Shown here in pieces: positions 49,516 to 57,979 of a stretch of DNA of 64,000 nt. The DNA lies in contig CAXXTB010000002.1 in assembly GCA_963676795.2 (NCBI GenBank), positions 480,001-544,000 of the forward strand, in the 5' to 3' direction. Made by a program: the position numbers and the translations under genes. This stretch comes from Geopsychrobacteraceae bacterium. Lineage in GTDB: Bacteria > Desulfobacterota > Desulfuromonadia > Desulfuromonadales > Geopsychrobacteraceae. The first letter of the stretch is position 1. Each line of letters starts with the position of its first letter. The notes below the pieces were generated by a model. The model saw only the letters and a program-made list of their open reading frames with translations. It had not been told where the DNA came from and did not search any database.

Positions 49516-50742
49516 TCAAAAAAATATTTGAACAACTTTTTCAAATTCAGCATCTACCTGTCGAACTGTTTGCGCCAACATGCTTTCGGATAAACCCGTT
49601 ACTTCCCAAGCTTTTGCCTGAAGCGCAGGGATTTCGTTAAAGATGCTCAGTTCCTGACCACAGGCATGGGCCAGAATGTCGGCTACATGGATAAGACAGG
49701 GTTCTAGCTGATAATGAGCAGCTCCAGGAGAATGATGACCACCTATCATCTGCACCAGTGAGGAAGGTAATCTCCACAGCTTTGTCAACTCTTTGCCGAT
49801 ACTACTGTGATCGGTTTGCCAAAAGTCCTGTTCAGCTTGATACGCAGGTTTTCTTTTTGATACGGCTCTGGATATTACGCTGGTAAATTGTTCAGGAACT
49901 TTTTCTATCAGGATTAAACGGCCAATATCGTGCAATAAACCACCAGTAAAATACTTTTCTTCACCGGGTAATCTTAAATGACTGGCCAGAATTCTTGCGT
50001 ACAACCCACAACGGATAGAATGACGCCAGAAATCCTCCATATTGAACAGATGAGATGGGACATTATCGAATTTTCGGACGACCGAGATCCCCAGAACAAG
50101 AGTCGATAAATCCTTGGTTCCAAGAATCGAGATAGCCCTCGAAATGGAATCAACTTTACCGGAAAAACTGAAAATGGGGCTATTGGCAAGTTGCAACAGA
50201 CGCCCGGACAAGCTGGCATCCTTACTGACCACGTCGGCAATTTTTTGCGCTGATGTCTCCGGGTGTTCCAGGGTTTGCACAATCTGGGTGTAAACCTTGG
50301 GAAGTGAAAAAAGCTCAACCTCTCCAGCTAACAGGGCAGCAATATGGATTGGTATTTGTTTTATATCGGGAGTTGTATCCTGGACATCGAAAGCTATGTC
50401 CGGAGTCCATCCCTTTTGCATCTGTTGAGCACAAGAGCTCAGGGCTTGGCGATAGATCGTTGTTAACGGTTCTTGATTTAGATTATTCAGAGTAAACCGT
50501 TGCTGCAGGTACTTTTCGGCCTGGGCATAAAACTGAGCAATTTCATCCTGTTGCTGGGCATACTCATCGCCAAGGAATTTTTCGTCAATATCGGCTTCAA
50601 CGATACCCCATGTTCTGAATCTTTGAAGGTGCTCAGCTTTAAGTGTGGCTCCTTTTGCCAGTATGAACCGTCCCGTGGGAGATTTCAGATCAGCGGCAAG
50701 AGTCATTCCTTCTGCCAAGTTATCAATATAAACTATAGGCAT
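49516..50742 (-). CDS. HDOD domain protein
   Basis: LP.VY, D.SL..RLL.LANSP, FWRHS, GLLHDIG, W.LP, HH.P; N-terminal L.EGM.LA.D motif. Confidence 0.92.
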   Translation of the reverse strand: MPIVYIDNLAEGMTLAADLKSPTGRFILAKGATLKAEHLQRFRTWGIVEADIDEKFLGDEYAQQQDEIAQFYAQAEKYLQQRFTLNNLNQEPLTTIYRQALSSCAQQMQKGWTPDIAFDVQDTTPDIKQIPIHIAALLAGEVELFSLPKVYTQIVQTLEHPETSAQKIADVVSKDASLSGRLLQLANSPIFSFSGKVDSISRAISILGTKDLSTLVLGISVVRKFDNVPSHLFNMEDFWRHSIRCGLYARILASHLRLPGEEKYFTGGLLHDIGRLILIEKVPEQFTSVISRAVSKRKPAYQAEQDFWQTDHSSIGKELTKLWRLPSSLVQMIGGHHSPGAAHYQLEPCLIHVADILAHACGQELSIFNEIPALQAKAWEVTGLSESMLAQTVRQVDAEFEKVVQIFF

Positions 50743-50937
50743 ATTCTATCTCCTGAGGAGCTTTTCTGATCAGGTATCGACTTTGGGTTGATATTTGATC
50801 AGTGGAGGAGCCAGATTTTTCCGTCACGGTCTAGAGCTGTACAGTAGACGAAATGACGGAAATGAAGCTTTCTGCCCGGATTGCCTTTATTCTAATAGTT
50901 TACTATTGATTGGGACCTTTGCTTTCCCAAAAGCAAT

Positions 50938-50971
50938 TAAAGGCCTTTCCTCATGACGAAGAAAGACCTTA
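50938..50971 (-). terminator. Terminator forming the riboswitch expression platform
   Basis: AAGGTCTTTCTTC-GTCAT-GAGGAAAGGCCTT followed by T-rich sequence, just 3' of the aptamer. Confidence 0.65.
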
Positions 50972-50984
50972 AATAATGACTATC

Positions 50985-51062
50985 TCTTCGGCAACCCGGC
51001 TATCCCTGTAGGACCCGTGGCTTTGCGTCCCTGAATTGCTTCAGGTTTGCTATTGTCGTGAA
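50985..51062 (-). ncRNA. GEMM-I cyclic dinucleotide riboswitch, A20 variant (c-AMP-GMP/GEMM-Ib type)
   Basis: Minus strand: CGACAAUA GCAAACC UGAA GCAA UUCA GGGACGCAAAGCC ACGGGUCC UACA GGGAUAGCCGGGUUGCCGAA; GNRA tetraloop and conserved core; TTGACA promoter-like site upstream. Confidence 0.93.
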
Positions 51063-51266
51063 ATTATGTTGTTTAGAAAGTGTTAATCAAATCTGAGGAA
51101 TTTGTCAAGAGAAAAACGTAACATCTGGCGATTTGCCTCCGCCCTGGTTTCATCCAATTAATCGACTAGCTATAGACTTTTTGTGTTGCGGGCTGGTTAG
51201 TTTAAGTGTTTGAAATAACTTCGTTTTGGCGTTGATGGGGGGGCTCTAAAGAGTTACATGTGCCTT

Positions 51267-51716
51267 TCAGCGTTTATGCTTCTGAATCAGCCGGTCGAGC
51301 TGGTTGGCAAATTCCTGGCGATCGCTTTTACTCATGGCGGCCGGGCCGCCGGTTTCGATGCCGGCGGAGCGCAGGGTGTCCATGAAGTCGCGCATGGTCA
51401 GTTTGGCTCTGATGGTGTCGGGTGAATAGAGTTCACCGCGTGGGTTGAGGGCTATGCCGCCCTTGTCGATGACGTCGGCGGCGAGGGGGATGTCGGCGGT
51501 GACGACCAGATCGCCGGGTTCGAGCAGTTCGACGATCTTGTTGTCGGCGACATCGAAGCCGGCGGACACGACGATCAGCTTGATCTGCGGCAAGCGCGGG
51601 ATGTTCATGGCGCGGTTGGCGACCAGGGTGGTTTCGATGCCGGTCCGTTCCGCAGCGCGGTAGAGAATGTCCTTGATGACCGCCGGACAGGCGTCTGCGT
51701 CAACCCAGATTTTCAT
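51267..51716 (-). CDS. YaiI/YqxD family protein
   Basis: [26 protein letters not shown]. Confidence 0.93.
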   Translation of the reverse strand: MKIWVDADACPAVIKDILYRAAERTGIETTLVANRAMNIPRLPQIKLIVVSAGFDVADNKIVELLEPGDLVVTADIPLAADVIDKGGIALNPRGELYSPDTIRAKLTMRDFMDTLRSAGIETGGPAAMSKSDRQEFANQLDRLIQKHKR

Positions 51717-51724
51717 CGCAGTAC

Positions 51725-52324
51725 TCAGATTCTTTCCGAATTGACGAACGACAGGTCAAAAAGACCGAGGAAATTGTCAATCAGCCGATAGGTGATCCCC
51801 CAGAGTGGTTTTGCAGTCCACTCTTGGAGGTGGATGACCGGATGCTGGCGATCGGTACCGGGACGGCTGAAATGGAGATAATCACTGCGTTCCGGTTGCA
51901 TGAGAGTTTTCAGGGGAACCCAGAAGCATTTGCTGACCTCGTCCCGGTTGAGGGCAAATTCAACCGGCTCATCCAGGTAATAGACAAAACAGGAAATGTT
52001 GACCGACAGACGAATCCCGCTCAGATCGTCGTTACGGCCGAGATAATGTCTCTCTTTTAGGTGAAGACCAATCTCTTCGCAGGTTTCCCGTTCGGCTGCG
52101 GCGCGCGCTGATGGATCCTCGTCCTCGATGCGTCCGCCGGGAAAGCCAAGGTCCCCCGACCAGGGGTCGAGGTGATGCTCGGCCCGCTGAATCAGCAGCA
52201 CTTCGGTCCCCGATTCCCCCTGGCGCAGGATCATGGCTACCGCAGCACGACGTTCGACCTTACGGTCAAAGGCTAACGGCTGGTGATCGTTGAGACGTTG
52301 CTGAATCAGTTCCGGCGTGAGCAT
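51725..52324 (-). CDS. Nudix hydrolase, CoA pyrophosphatase-like
   Basis: RAAV, DPWSG..GFPGG...D.....AAERET.EEIG, LWGITY. Confidence 0.9.
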   Translation of the reverse strand: MLTPELIQQRLNDHQPLAFDRKVERRAAVAMILRQGESGTEVLLIQRAEHHLDPWSGDLGFPGGRIEDEDPSARAAAERETCEEIGLHLKERHYLGRNDDLSGIRLSVNISCFVYYLDEPVEFALNRDEVSKCFWVPLKTLMQPERSDYLHFSRPGTDRQHPVIHLQEWTAKPLWGITYRLIDNFLGLFDLSFVNSERI

Positions 52325-52336
52325 GAGTTTCCTGAC

Positions 52337-52900
52337 TTAAGCCCTGGAGACGAAGCGGCACTCGCGGGTATCGACCTTGATCAATTCGCCGGCTTCCAGA
52401 TAACCGGGAACCTGAACGGAAATGCCGGTTTCCAGAATCGCTTCCTTGGTCTGGGCGGTTGCGGTCGCGTTTCTGATGGCTGGCGCTGTTTCGGTCACGG
52501 TCAGCTCGACGACCTGGGGAACTTCCAAGGTGACGACCTGATCGTTGAAGACACCCAGGGTGACTTCGCTGCCGTCGAGCAGGTAGCCTTTGATGTCCTC
52601 ATAGAGGTCACCGCCGATTTCGTGCTGTTCGTAGCTTTCCATATCCATGAATACGCCGTTGTCGCCGTTGGCGTAGAGGTATTGTCCTTTTTTCCTGACG
52701 TAGTCCGCTTCGTCGAGTTTGTCACCCGATTTGAAAGTGCTGTTGAGTACCTGGCCGGTCATCAGGTTACGATACTTGGTTTTGACCAGGGTGTTACCAC
52801 CGCGGGCGGTAGGCGACTGAAAGCTGACATCGACAACGACGCAAGGGGCTCCGTCGCTCTGGAAAATAACGCCACGGCGCAGATCGCTGGCTGTAAGCAT
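52337..52900 (-). CDS. Elongation factor P-like protein (EfpL/YeiP-type loop)
   Basis: EF-P fold motifs (FMD.ESYEQ, K.A.LETG..VQVP.Y, VDTR); loop is SPTARGG rather than PGKG. Confidence 0.88.
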   Translation of the reverse strand: MLTASDLRRGVIFQSDGAPCVVVDVSFQSPTARGGNTLVKTKYRNLMTGQVLNSTFKSGDKLDEADYVRKKGQYLYANGDNGVFMDMESYEQHEIGGDLYEDIKGYLLDGSEVTLGVFNDQVVTLEVPQVVELTVTETAPAIRNATATAQTKEAILETGISVQVPGYLEAGELIKVDTRECRFVSRA

Positions 52901-52926
52901 GTGTGACTCCTGAAATGTTCTTAAAG

Positions 52927-53337
52927 TTAGTTTTCCGCGGAAAACAGCTGTTGATTTTTGCGGTATGCGGTTCCCTGAAACTGGGCAATCAGCTGTCCTT
53001 CGTCATTGCTGATCGTCACCTGATAATGCCCGAGGCGCTGACTGCTGTCCAGTTCCTTCGCTTCGGCAATCAGGGTTCCGCCATATGCAGCATGGATGAA
53101 GCTGGTGGTTGCCGAAACGGCCAGCGCAACCCGGCCGCTGCTGTTGGACGCTGCAGCGAAGGCGACATCGGCCAGGGTGAAAATAGCACCGCCGTGCACC
53201 GTTCCGGCTCCGTTGAAATGATGAGGCTGAATTTCCATCCGGGCTCTGGCAAAGCCCTGGCGTGCTTCTATCAGTTCGATACCGCAATGACGGGCAAAAT
53301 GATCGTTCTCGGTGAAGAAATCAAGAATTTTCTGCAT
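52927..53337 (-). CDS. PaaI family thioesterase
   Basis: D.FA...GI, HFNG..TVHGGAIFTLAD.AF; start at MQKILD. Confidence 0.9.
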   Translation of the reverse strand: MQKILDFFTENDHFARHCGIELIEARQGFARARMEIQPHHFNGAGTVHGGAIFTLADVAFAAASNSSGRVALAVSATTSFIHAAYGGTLIAEAKELDSSQRLGHYQVTISNDEGQLIAQFQGTAYRKNQQLFSAEN

Positions 53338-53344
53338 CTGCTGA

Positions 53345-53530
53345 TTACCAGTAACTGTCTGTTTTTTTGGTCGGCAGGGGGCGCGGATTGTGCAGATATT
53401 CTGCTTTTTCAGCTTTGGCCCGGCATTTTCCGCAGACATATTGCGGTGATTTGCAGCGCCGGTCGAATTCTTCCAGCTCTCCGGCAGCGCGCAATTCACA
53501 CATCTTCATGTTTTGGGTGTTGTTGTCCAT
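53345..53530 (-). CDS. Small Cys-rich hypothetical protein (61 aa)
   Basis: GAGG RBS; MCEL...P.YVCGKC.A.A....YLHNP pattern; first gene of the operon. Confidence 0.65.
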   Translation of the reverse strand: MDNNTQNMKMCELRAAGELEEFDRRCKSPQYVCGKCRAKAEKAEYLHNPRPLPTKKTDSYW

Positions 53531-53586
53531 AAGTCCTCACTCCGTTCATCATAGCTCTTGAGGCGGAGTCAGGGCAAGCTGGAAGG

Positions 53587-54165
53587 TTAAAGTACGCAGC
53601 GGCTGTTGGGGGAGCGCTTCTTGTTTTTATCGGCCGGTTTGTTCTTGCGGATAATGCCGTCTTCGCCACGTGTGTAGGAGCTCTCATCCTTCTCCATGGC
53701 GAGGTGATAGTAGAAATTGAAGGCCGGTTTGCCCGGTTTGACGCTCTGGGCCGGTGGTGGTTGGGGCGGTGGACTGGGCGCTACAGGTTGCGGCTCTTCC
53801 AGTGGTCCGAACATGGCATCGAGCAGGGAATTCATGAAGCGATTGAATTTCTGCTGCGATTCTCCCGCCGCTGCCTTGTCATGTGGAGCCGATGGCCTGG
53901 GGGCTCTCTGGTCTTTTTTCTCTTCCCTGGGGGCTTTGGGTTTTCTCGGCGGCAGGTTCAGTTTGCGGTCATATTCCAGCCGGGCTTTCTCATCGGATAA
54001 GACCCGATAAGCCTCGTTGACCTGACGGAACAGTTCAGCCGCGGCTTCCGACCCCTGATTGGTGTCGGGGTGGAAGCGTTTGGCCATTGACCGGTAGACC
54101 GTTTTGATCTGCTGCTGCTCGGCATCGTAGGGGATACCGAGCAGATGATAATAATTCAGCGCCAT
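53587..54165 (-). CDS. J-domain (DnaJ-like) protein
   Basis: NYY.LLG, HPD, F..VNEAY.VLSD...R..YD; Pro-rich C-terminus. Confidence 0.9.
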   Translation of the reverse strand: MALNYYHLLGIPYDAEQQQIKTVYRSMAKRFHPDTNQGSEAAAELFRQVNEAYRVLSDEKARLEYDRKLNLPPRKPKAPREEKKDQRAPRPSAPHDKAAAGESQQKFNRFMNSLLDAMFGPLEEPQPVAPSPPPQPPPAQSVKPGKPAFNFYYHLAMEKDESSYTRGEDGIIRKNKPADKNKKRSPNSRCVL

Positions 54166-54222
54166 AAAACCTGTTCCCGCTTGGGCGGTAGCCCTTTCAG
54201 CTGAGCATAGACCATCATCGTC

Positions 54223-54250
54223 TTATCGGTCGTTACCGGGAAGATTTTTA
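54223..54250 (-). promoter_or_regulatory. Candidate sigma28 (FliA) promoter for the J-domain gene
   Basis: TAAA-N16-ACCGATAA on the minus strand. Confidence 0.4.
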
Positions 54251-54268
54251 ATCTTTTTTTTTAAACTA

Positions 54269-54297
54269 GTTGTCATCCGGAAATACCGGATGACAAC
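54269..54297. repeat. Perfect 12-bp inverted repeat downstream of lemA
   Basis: GTTGTCATCCGG-AAATA-CCGGATGACAAC. Confidence 0.55.
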
Positions 54298-54332
54298 GCG
54301 CCGGTTTCTGATTTGGAACCTCCGGATAAAAT

Positions 54333-54902
54333 CTAGCTGTGGGAAAAGCTGACCTCGACATCCTGGCGATGGGCCGGGTCGATCTCCCAGAGCTTGCGCC
54401 CTGAAAAGTTGAACAGTCGGGCCACGACCAGATCCGGGAACTGCTCGATTCTGGTGTTGTAGATGGTGACCGAGGCATTGTAGAGCTCGCGGCGATCGGC
54501 AATCTGGTCTTCCAGTTCGCTGATCCGGTTGCTCAGCTGACGGAATCCCGCATCTGCTTTTAAGTCAGGGTAACGTTCGACAACCATGAAGAGCGACTTG
54601 AGGGTATCGGTCAGCATGTTCTGAGCCTGCAGTTTCTGCTCGTCGCTGCGCGCGCTGTTGACCTGTGAACGCGCCTTGACGACCGCTTCGAGGGTTTTCT
54701 GCTCATGCTGCATGTAGCCCTCACAGACCTTGATCAGCTTGGGCAGCTCGTCGTAGCGCTGTTTGAGCAGGACATCGATGTTGCTCCAGTCCTGGTTGAT
54801 ACTGTTTTTCAGGGCGACAAAGCCGTTGTAGATGACGACAATGTAGCCGACCAGAATGATGATGATCAGCAGGATAATGCCGAGGGTAATGAGTCCAGCC
54901 AT
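54333..54902 (-). CDS. lemA: LemA family protein
   Basis: N-terminal TM, YN..V.L, WSNIDV.LKQRYD..P.L, E.YPDLKA, RR..YN, FP...VA. Confidence 0.93.
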   Translation of the reverse strand: MAGLITLGIILLIIIILVGYIVVIYNGFVALKNSINQDWSNIDVLLKQRYDELPKLIKVCEGYMQHEQKTLEAVVKARSQVNSARSDEQKLQAQNMLTDTLKSLFMVVERYPDLKADAGFRQLSNRISELEDQIADRRELYNASVTIYNTRIEQFPDLVVARLFNFSGRKLWEIDPAHRQDVEVSFSHS

Positions 54903-54925
54903 GTCTTTCCTCCGTAGACTGATTG

Positions 54926-56917
54926 TTAGCGAAGATAGTTGAACAGTAAATTTATCGCCCAGACCAGCGCGATGGCAAACACGCCGAACAGGGCCAGGCT
55001 GTACCAGAAATAACGTCCGGTCAGCTGTTCTTCTGAGTGGGTTTCGCTGACCACCAGCGGGTAGCCCTTCTTGTGTCCGATGATGATCTGTTCTTCCTGT
55101 TTTTTGCGTTTCCGGCTTTTCCTCAGCCCTTCATGAATTAGCTGGTTTTCGACATCCTGGCGGGCGGCTTCCCATTCTTGCTGATCGAGTTGGCCGTCGC
55201 CGTTGGTGTCGTAGCGCTGGCGCAGGATCGGATCGCTCTTGATGTTACGCAGGGCTTCGACCTTCTGCTCGTGGGCTGTCGGGCCGCTGTCCCGTTTGAC
55301 CGAGGCGAAGCCAAGGACATAGACGAGGGCACCATCGATGATGATCTCCTCGACCCATTTCTCATCCCCTTGACTGAAAGAGCTGAACAGGCCGCTGTTG
55401 TCATCGTAGCCTTCCTGCTTGGTGACCGCCGACACACGGCAGCGGGCCGGGTCGATTTCAACGCGGCCGGTCTCATCTTCGAGATAAAAGGGGACACGGC
55501 CACTGCTTTTGCCGCTGACCTTCTTCCAGGTGTTTTTATCCTTGTCGCGCCGGTAGCGGCTGAGGCGGTAGTAGACGCAGGGGATATGCGACATGGGGGA
55601 GATCAGTGCATATTTGCGGACCGCCTTGCCTTTGACCTCGACCATTCCCATGGCAACCGAGCGGATCCGGCTGGTCGGGGTGTTCTCGATCCTGCGTTTG
55701 AGGCGCAGAAAATAGAAGGCGCCCCAGAGGCAGACCAGGGCAACGATGAAAAGCAAGCCGCCACTTTCAAAGGCCCGGCCAACGATGTGGTTGAGAAGAT
55801 CTCCGTTGTCAATCTGGTTGACGATGATCGAGGCGAAAAATATGACGCCAATGCCGCTCAGGTATTTGATCTGTGATGTGAGTCCCACGCCTGATTGCAT
55901 CAGATCGTCAGGTGGTGCAGGCAGCGCGGTCCGCTGTTCAGTCTGTTTTTTTGTGCCTGCGACTTTGGGCGGCTCTTCGCCCAGAGCTTCGTTGAGGGTT
56001 TCACGCAAAGGGGTCGTGACTTCCTCGCCGGCGGCTGCCAAAACTGGATTCTGGGCGATAATCGCAGTCGTGGCGAGGGCGGCCGGGGAGCTGTCGAACT
56101 CTTCGTTTCGAACGGTTCCGCGTTTTTCAGCACCAAGCAGGTCGGTCATCAGCCAGCCGTAGCGAACCAGGCTGATCTGGTTCTGGCGAGCGATCTCCGG
56201 GTCTTCGGTTTTACCGCGTTGCAGGCTGCAACCGGGGAAGGCGGCCAGGCCGAAATCGGTGAACAGCTGGAACTCGCCGGCAAGTTCGCGAACGATTTCC
56301 AGGATCACCTTAAGATTCTGGGCGCTGCTGAGGGTTGCTCTCTCCCCCAGCCCCTGGGCATTGAATTTCCCCGGGAAAATCCTGACCCCCTGACTGGGGA
56401 GACCTTTTTCGGTCAGGTACAGGTCGAGAATCGGCTGTCCGCGCAGAATCGTCATGATTTTTTTGTCATCTTCCAGCTGGCGGATGTTGTCGATGCCGAA
56501 GTAGCTGTGACTACTGAGGATCTGCTTGACGTTCTGATCGAGGAGATGACCGGACAGCTCTGCCAGAACGGCCACAACTGTGGCCCCTTTGGAAAATGTC
56601 AGCTCGCTTTTCTGACAGCTGCACCTCAGTTCAGATCCTGAAAACTCCAGGCTGCGCAGGCGCTGCGGGGCAAAGGTCGGTTTGCTTGGTTGGAAAATCC
56701 AGTGACCGATTTTTCTGATGCAGAGGCTTTCCGAGATAGCTTCAAGCCCCTGGCGTTGGCCCTGTGCCAGCAGGGACAGCCCTTTTCCGACCAGGCGCTG
56801 GCGGCTCTGGTAGAGGTCGAGCTTGTGGCGATGGTGGAGTTCTTTTAACAGCTCCGGCAGGAATTCCGGTTCCGGAGTCTGCTGCTCAACGATGAGATAT
56901 TGACCCTTTTCAGACAT
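54926..56917 (-). CDS. Membrane protein with a GIDE-like domain and an EF-hand
   Basis: R.IENTPTS.IRS.A.G.VEVKG, PF.LEDETG.V..DP, DTNGDGQLDQQEW EF-hand, terminal TM. Confidence 0.8.
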   Translation of the reverse strand: MSEKGQYLIVEQQTPEPEFLPELLKELHHRHKLDLYQSRQRLVGKGLSLLAQGQRQGLEAISESLCIRKIGHWIFQPSKPTFAPQRLRSLEFSGSELRCSCQKSELTFSKGATVVAVLAELSGHLLDQNVKQILSSHSYFGIDNIRQLEDDKKIMTILRGQPILDLYLTEKGLPSQGVRIFPGKFNAQGLGERATLSSAQNLKVILEIVRELAGEFQLFTDFGLAAFPGCSLQRGKTEDPEIARQNQISLVRYGWLMTDLLGAEKRGTVRNEEFDSSPAALATTAIIAQNPVLAAAGEEVTTPLRETLNEALGEEPPKVAGTKKQTEQRTALPAPPDDLMQSGVGLTSQIKYLSGIGVIFFASIIVNQIDNGDLLNHIVGRAFESGGLLFIVALVCLWGAFYFLRLKRRIENTPTSRIRSVAMGMVEVKGKAVRKYALISPMSHIPCVYYRLSRYRRDKDKNTWKKVSGKSSGRVPFYLEDETGRVEIDPARCRVSAVTKQEGYDDNSGLFSSFSQGDEKWVEEIIIDGALVYVLGFASVKRDSGPTAHEQKVEALRNIKSDPILRQRYDTNGDGQLDQQEWEAARQDVENQLIHEGLRKSRKRKKQEEQIIIGHKKGYPLVVSETHSEEQLTGRYFWYSLALFGVFAIALVWAINLLFNYLR

Positions 56918-57069
56918 CAAATGTCCCTTGATAGAATTCTTTCTAATTTATAAAAATTAACAATTTGTTTCAAGTTATTAATATGATCGGCAGGCAAGAA
57001 GAAAAGCCTCTTCCTTATGACGCGGGTTTTGGACTATCCTCAGGCTATGAATATTTCGCGGAAAGCCAT

Positions 57070-57474
57070 ATGAAAACCAGAGTCAGCAATCATCTCATTC
57101 GTTTCTTGCTGATTGCCGTCGGCTGGACCAGCGTTGGTCTGGGAGTCATCGGTATCTTTATCCCCCTGCTGCCGACGGTCCCTTTTCTGCTGCTCGCTGC
57201 GGTCTGTTTTGCCCGGAGTTCGGAGGTTTTTCATCGCTGGCTGGTCGGGCATCCAAAGCTAGGTCCGATGATCAACGGTTTTCTGGGCGGGGAGGGGATT
57301 CCGCGCCATGCCAAGCTTATGGCTATCGCGGTTCTCTGGAGCAGCATCTTACTCTCTGTGCTGGTGCTGGCTGCCCTGCTGTGGGTGAAGCTGCTATTGG
57401 TACTGATCGGAATCTGTGTCACCTGGTATCTTATCGGCCTGCCGATCAGGAATGGAGCCTGCAAGGATCAGTGA
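57070..57474 (+). CDS. YbaN/DUF454 family membrane protein
   Basis: LG.IGIF.PLLPTVPFLLLA..CF.RSS...H.WL..HP..GP. Confidence 0.92.
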   Translation: MKTRVSNHLIRFLLIAVGWTSVGLGVIGIFIPLLPTVPFLLLAAVCFARSSEVFHRWLVGHPKLGPMINGFLGGEGIPRHAKLMAIAVLWSSILLSVLVLAALLWVKLLLVLIGICVTWYLIGLPIRNGACKDQ

Positions 57475-57887
57475 TGATCCCTTACTCTCTGTCTTAGTTC
57501 CTTGACCCTGCTTTTGACCTTTTTGCTTTTCAGGCGATCTTCAACTGAGCCTCTGGTCGGCTTCGTCTTCCTGCGTGGCCGCCGTTTCTGCAGTGCCGCA
57601 CCAAGCAAGGATTGCAGCCTGTTTATGGCCAATTGACGATTGCGTTCCTGGCTGCGCTCTTCCCTCGATCTGACGATCAGTATCCCGTCGCGGCTCAGAC
57701 GGTACCCCAGCTTGTCTGTGAGTTGTTCCTTGATCTCGTCTGGCAGGCTTGAACAGGCGATGTTGAAGCGCAGTTCGATAGCGGTCGCCACCTTGTTGAC
57801 ATGCTGACCGCCTGGCCCTCCGGAGCGGACGGCGCTCAGTTCGATTTCATCGTCCGGGATGAAAAGTGTCTCTGTCAGCTTGATCAT
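57468..57887 (-). CDS. arfB: Alternative ribosome-rescue peptidyl-tRNA hydrolase ArfB
   Basis: RSGGPGGQHVNK, RSQ.RN, basic C-terminal tail R.KTKPTRGS. Confidence 0.95.
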   Translation of the reverse strand: MIKLTETLFIPDDEIELSAVRSGGPGGQHVNKVATAIELRFNIACSSLPDEIKEQLTDKLGYRLSRDGILIVRSREERSQERNRQLAINRLQSLLGAALQKRRPRRKTKPTRGSVEDRLKSKKVKSRVKELRQRVRDHH

Positions 57888-57942
57888 GAGCCTCTTTCTG
57901 GTTTTGCTGTCTGGCCAGGCCTGGCCAGCGGGGATATTCAGT

Positions 57943-57971
57943 AAAAAAGCCCGGTGCGGTCACCGGGCTTT
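57943..57971 (-). terminator. Terminator after the heme-sensor MCP gene
   Basis: AAAGCCCGGTG-CGGT-CACCGGGCTTT with an A6 run. Confidence 0.75.
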
Positions 57972-57979
57972 GTCGGGTG

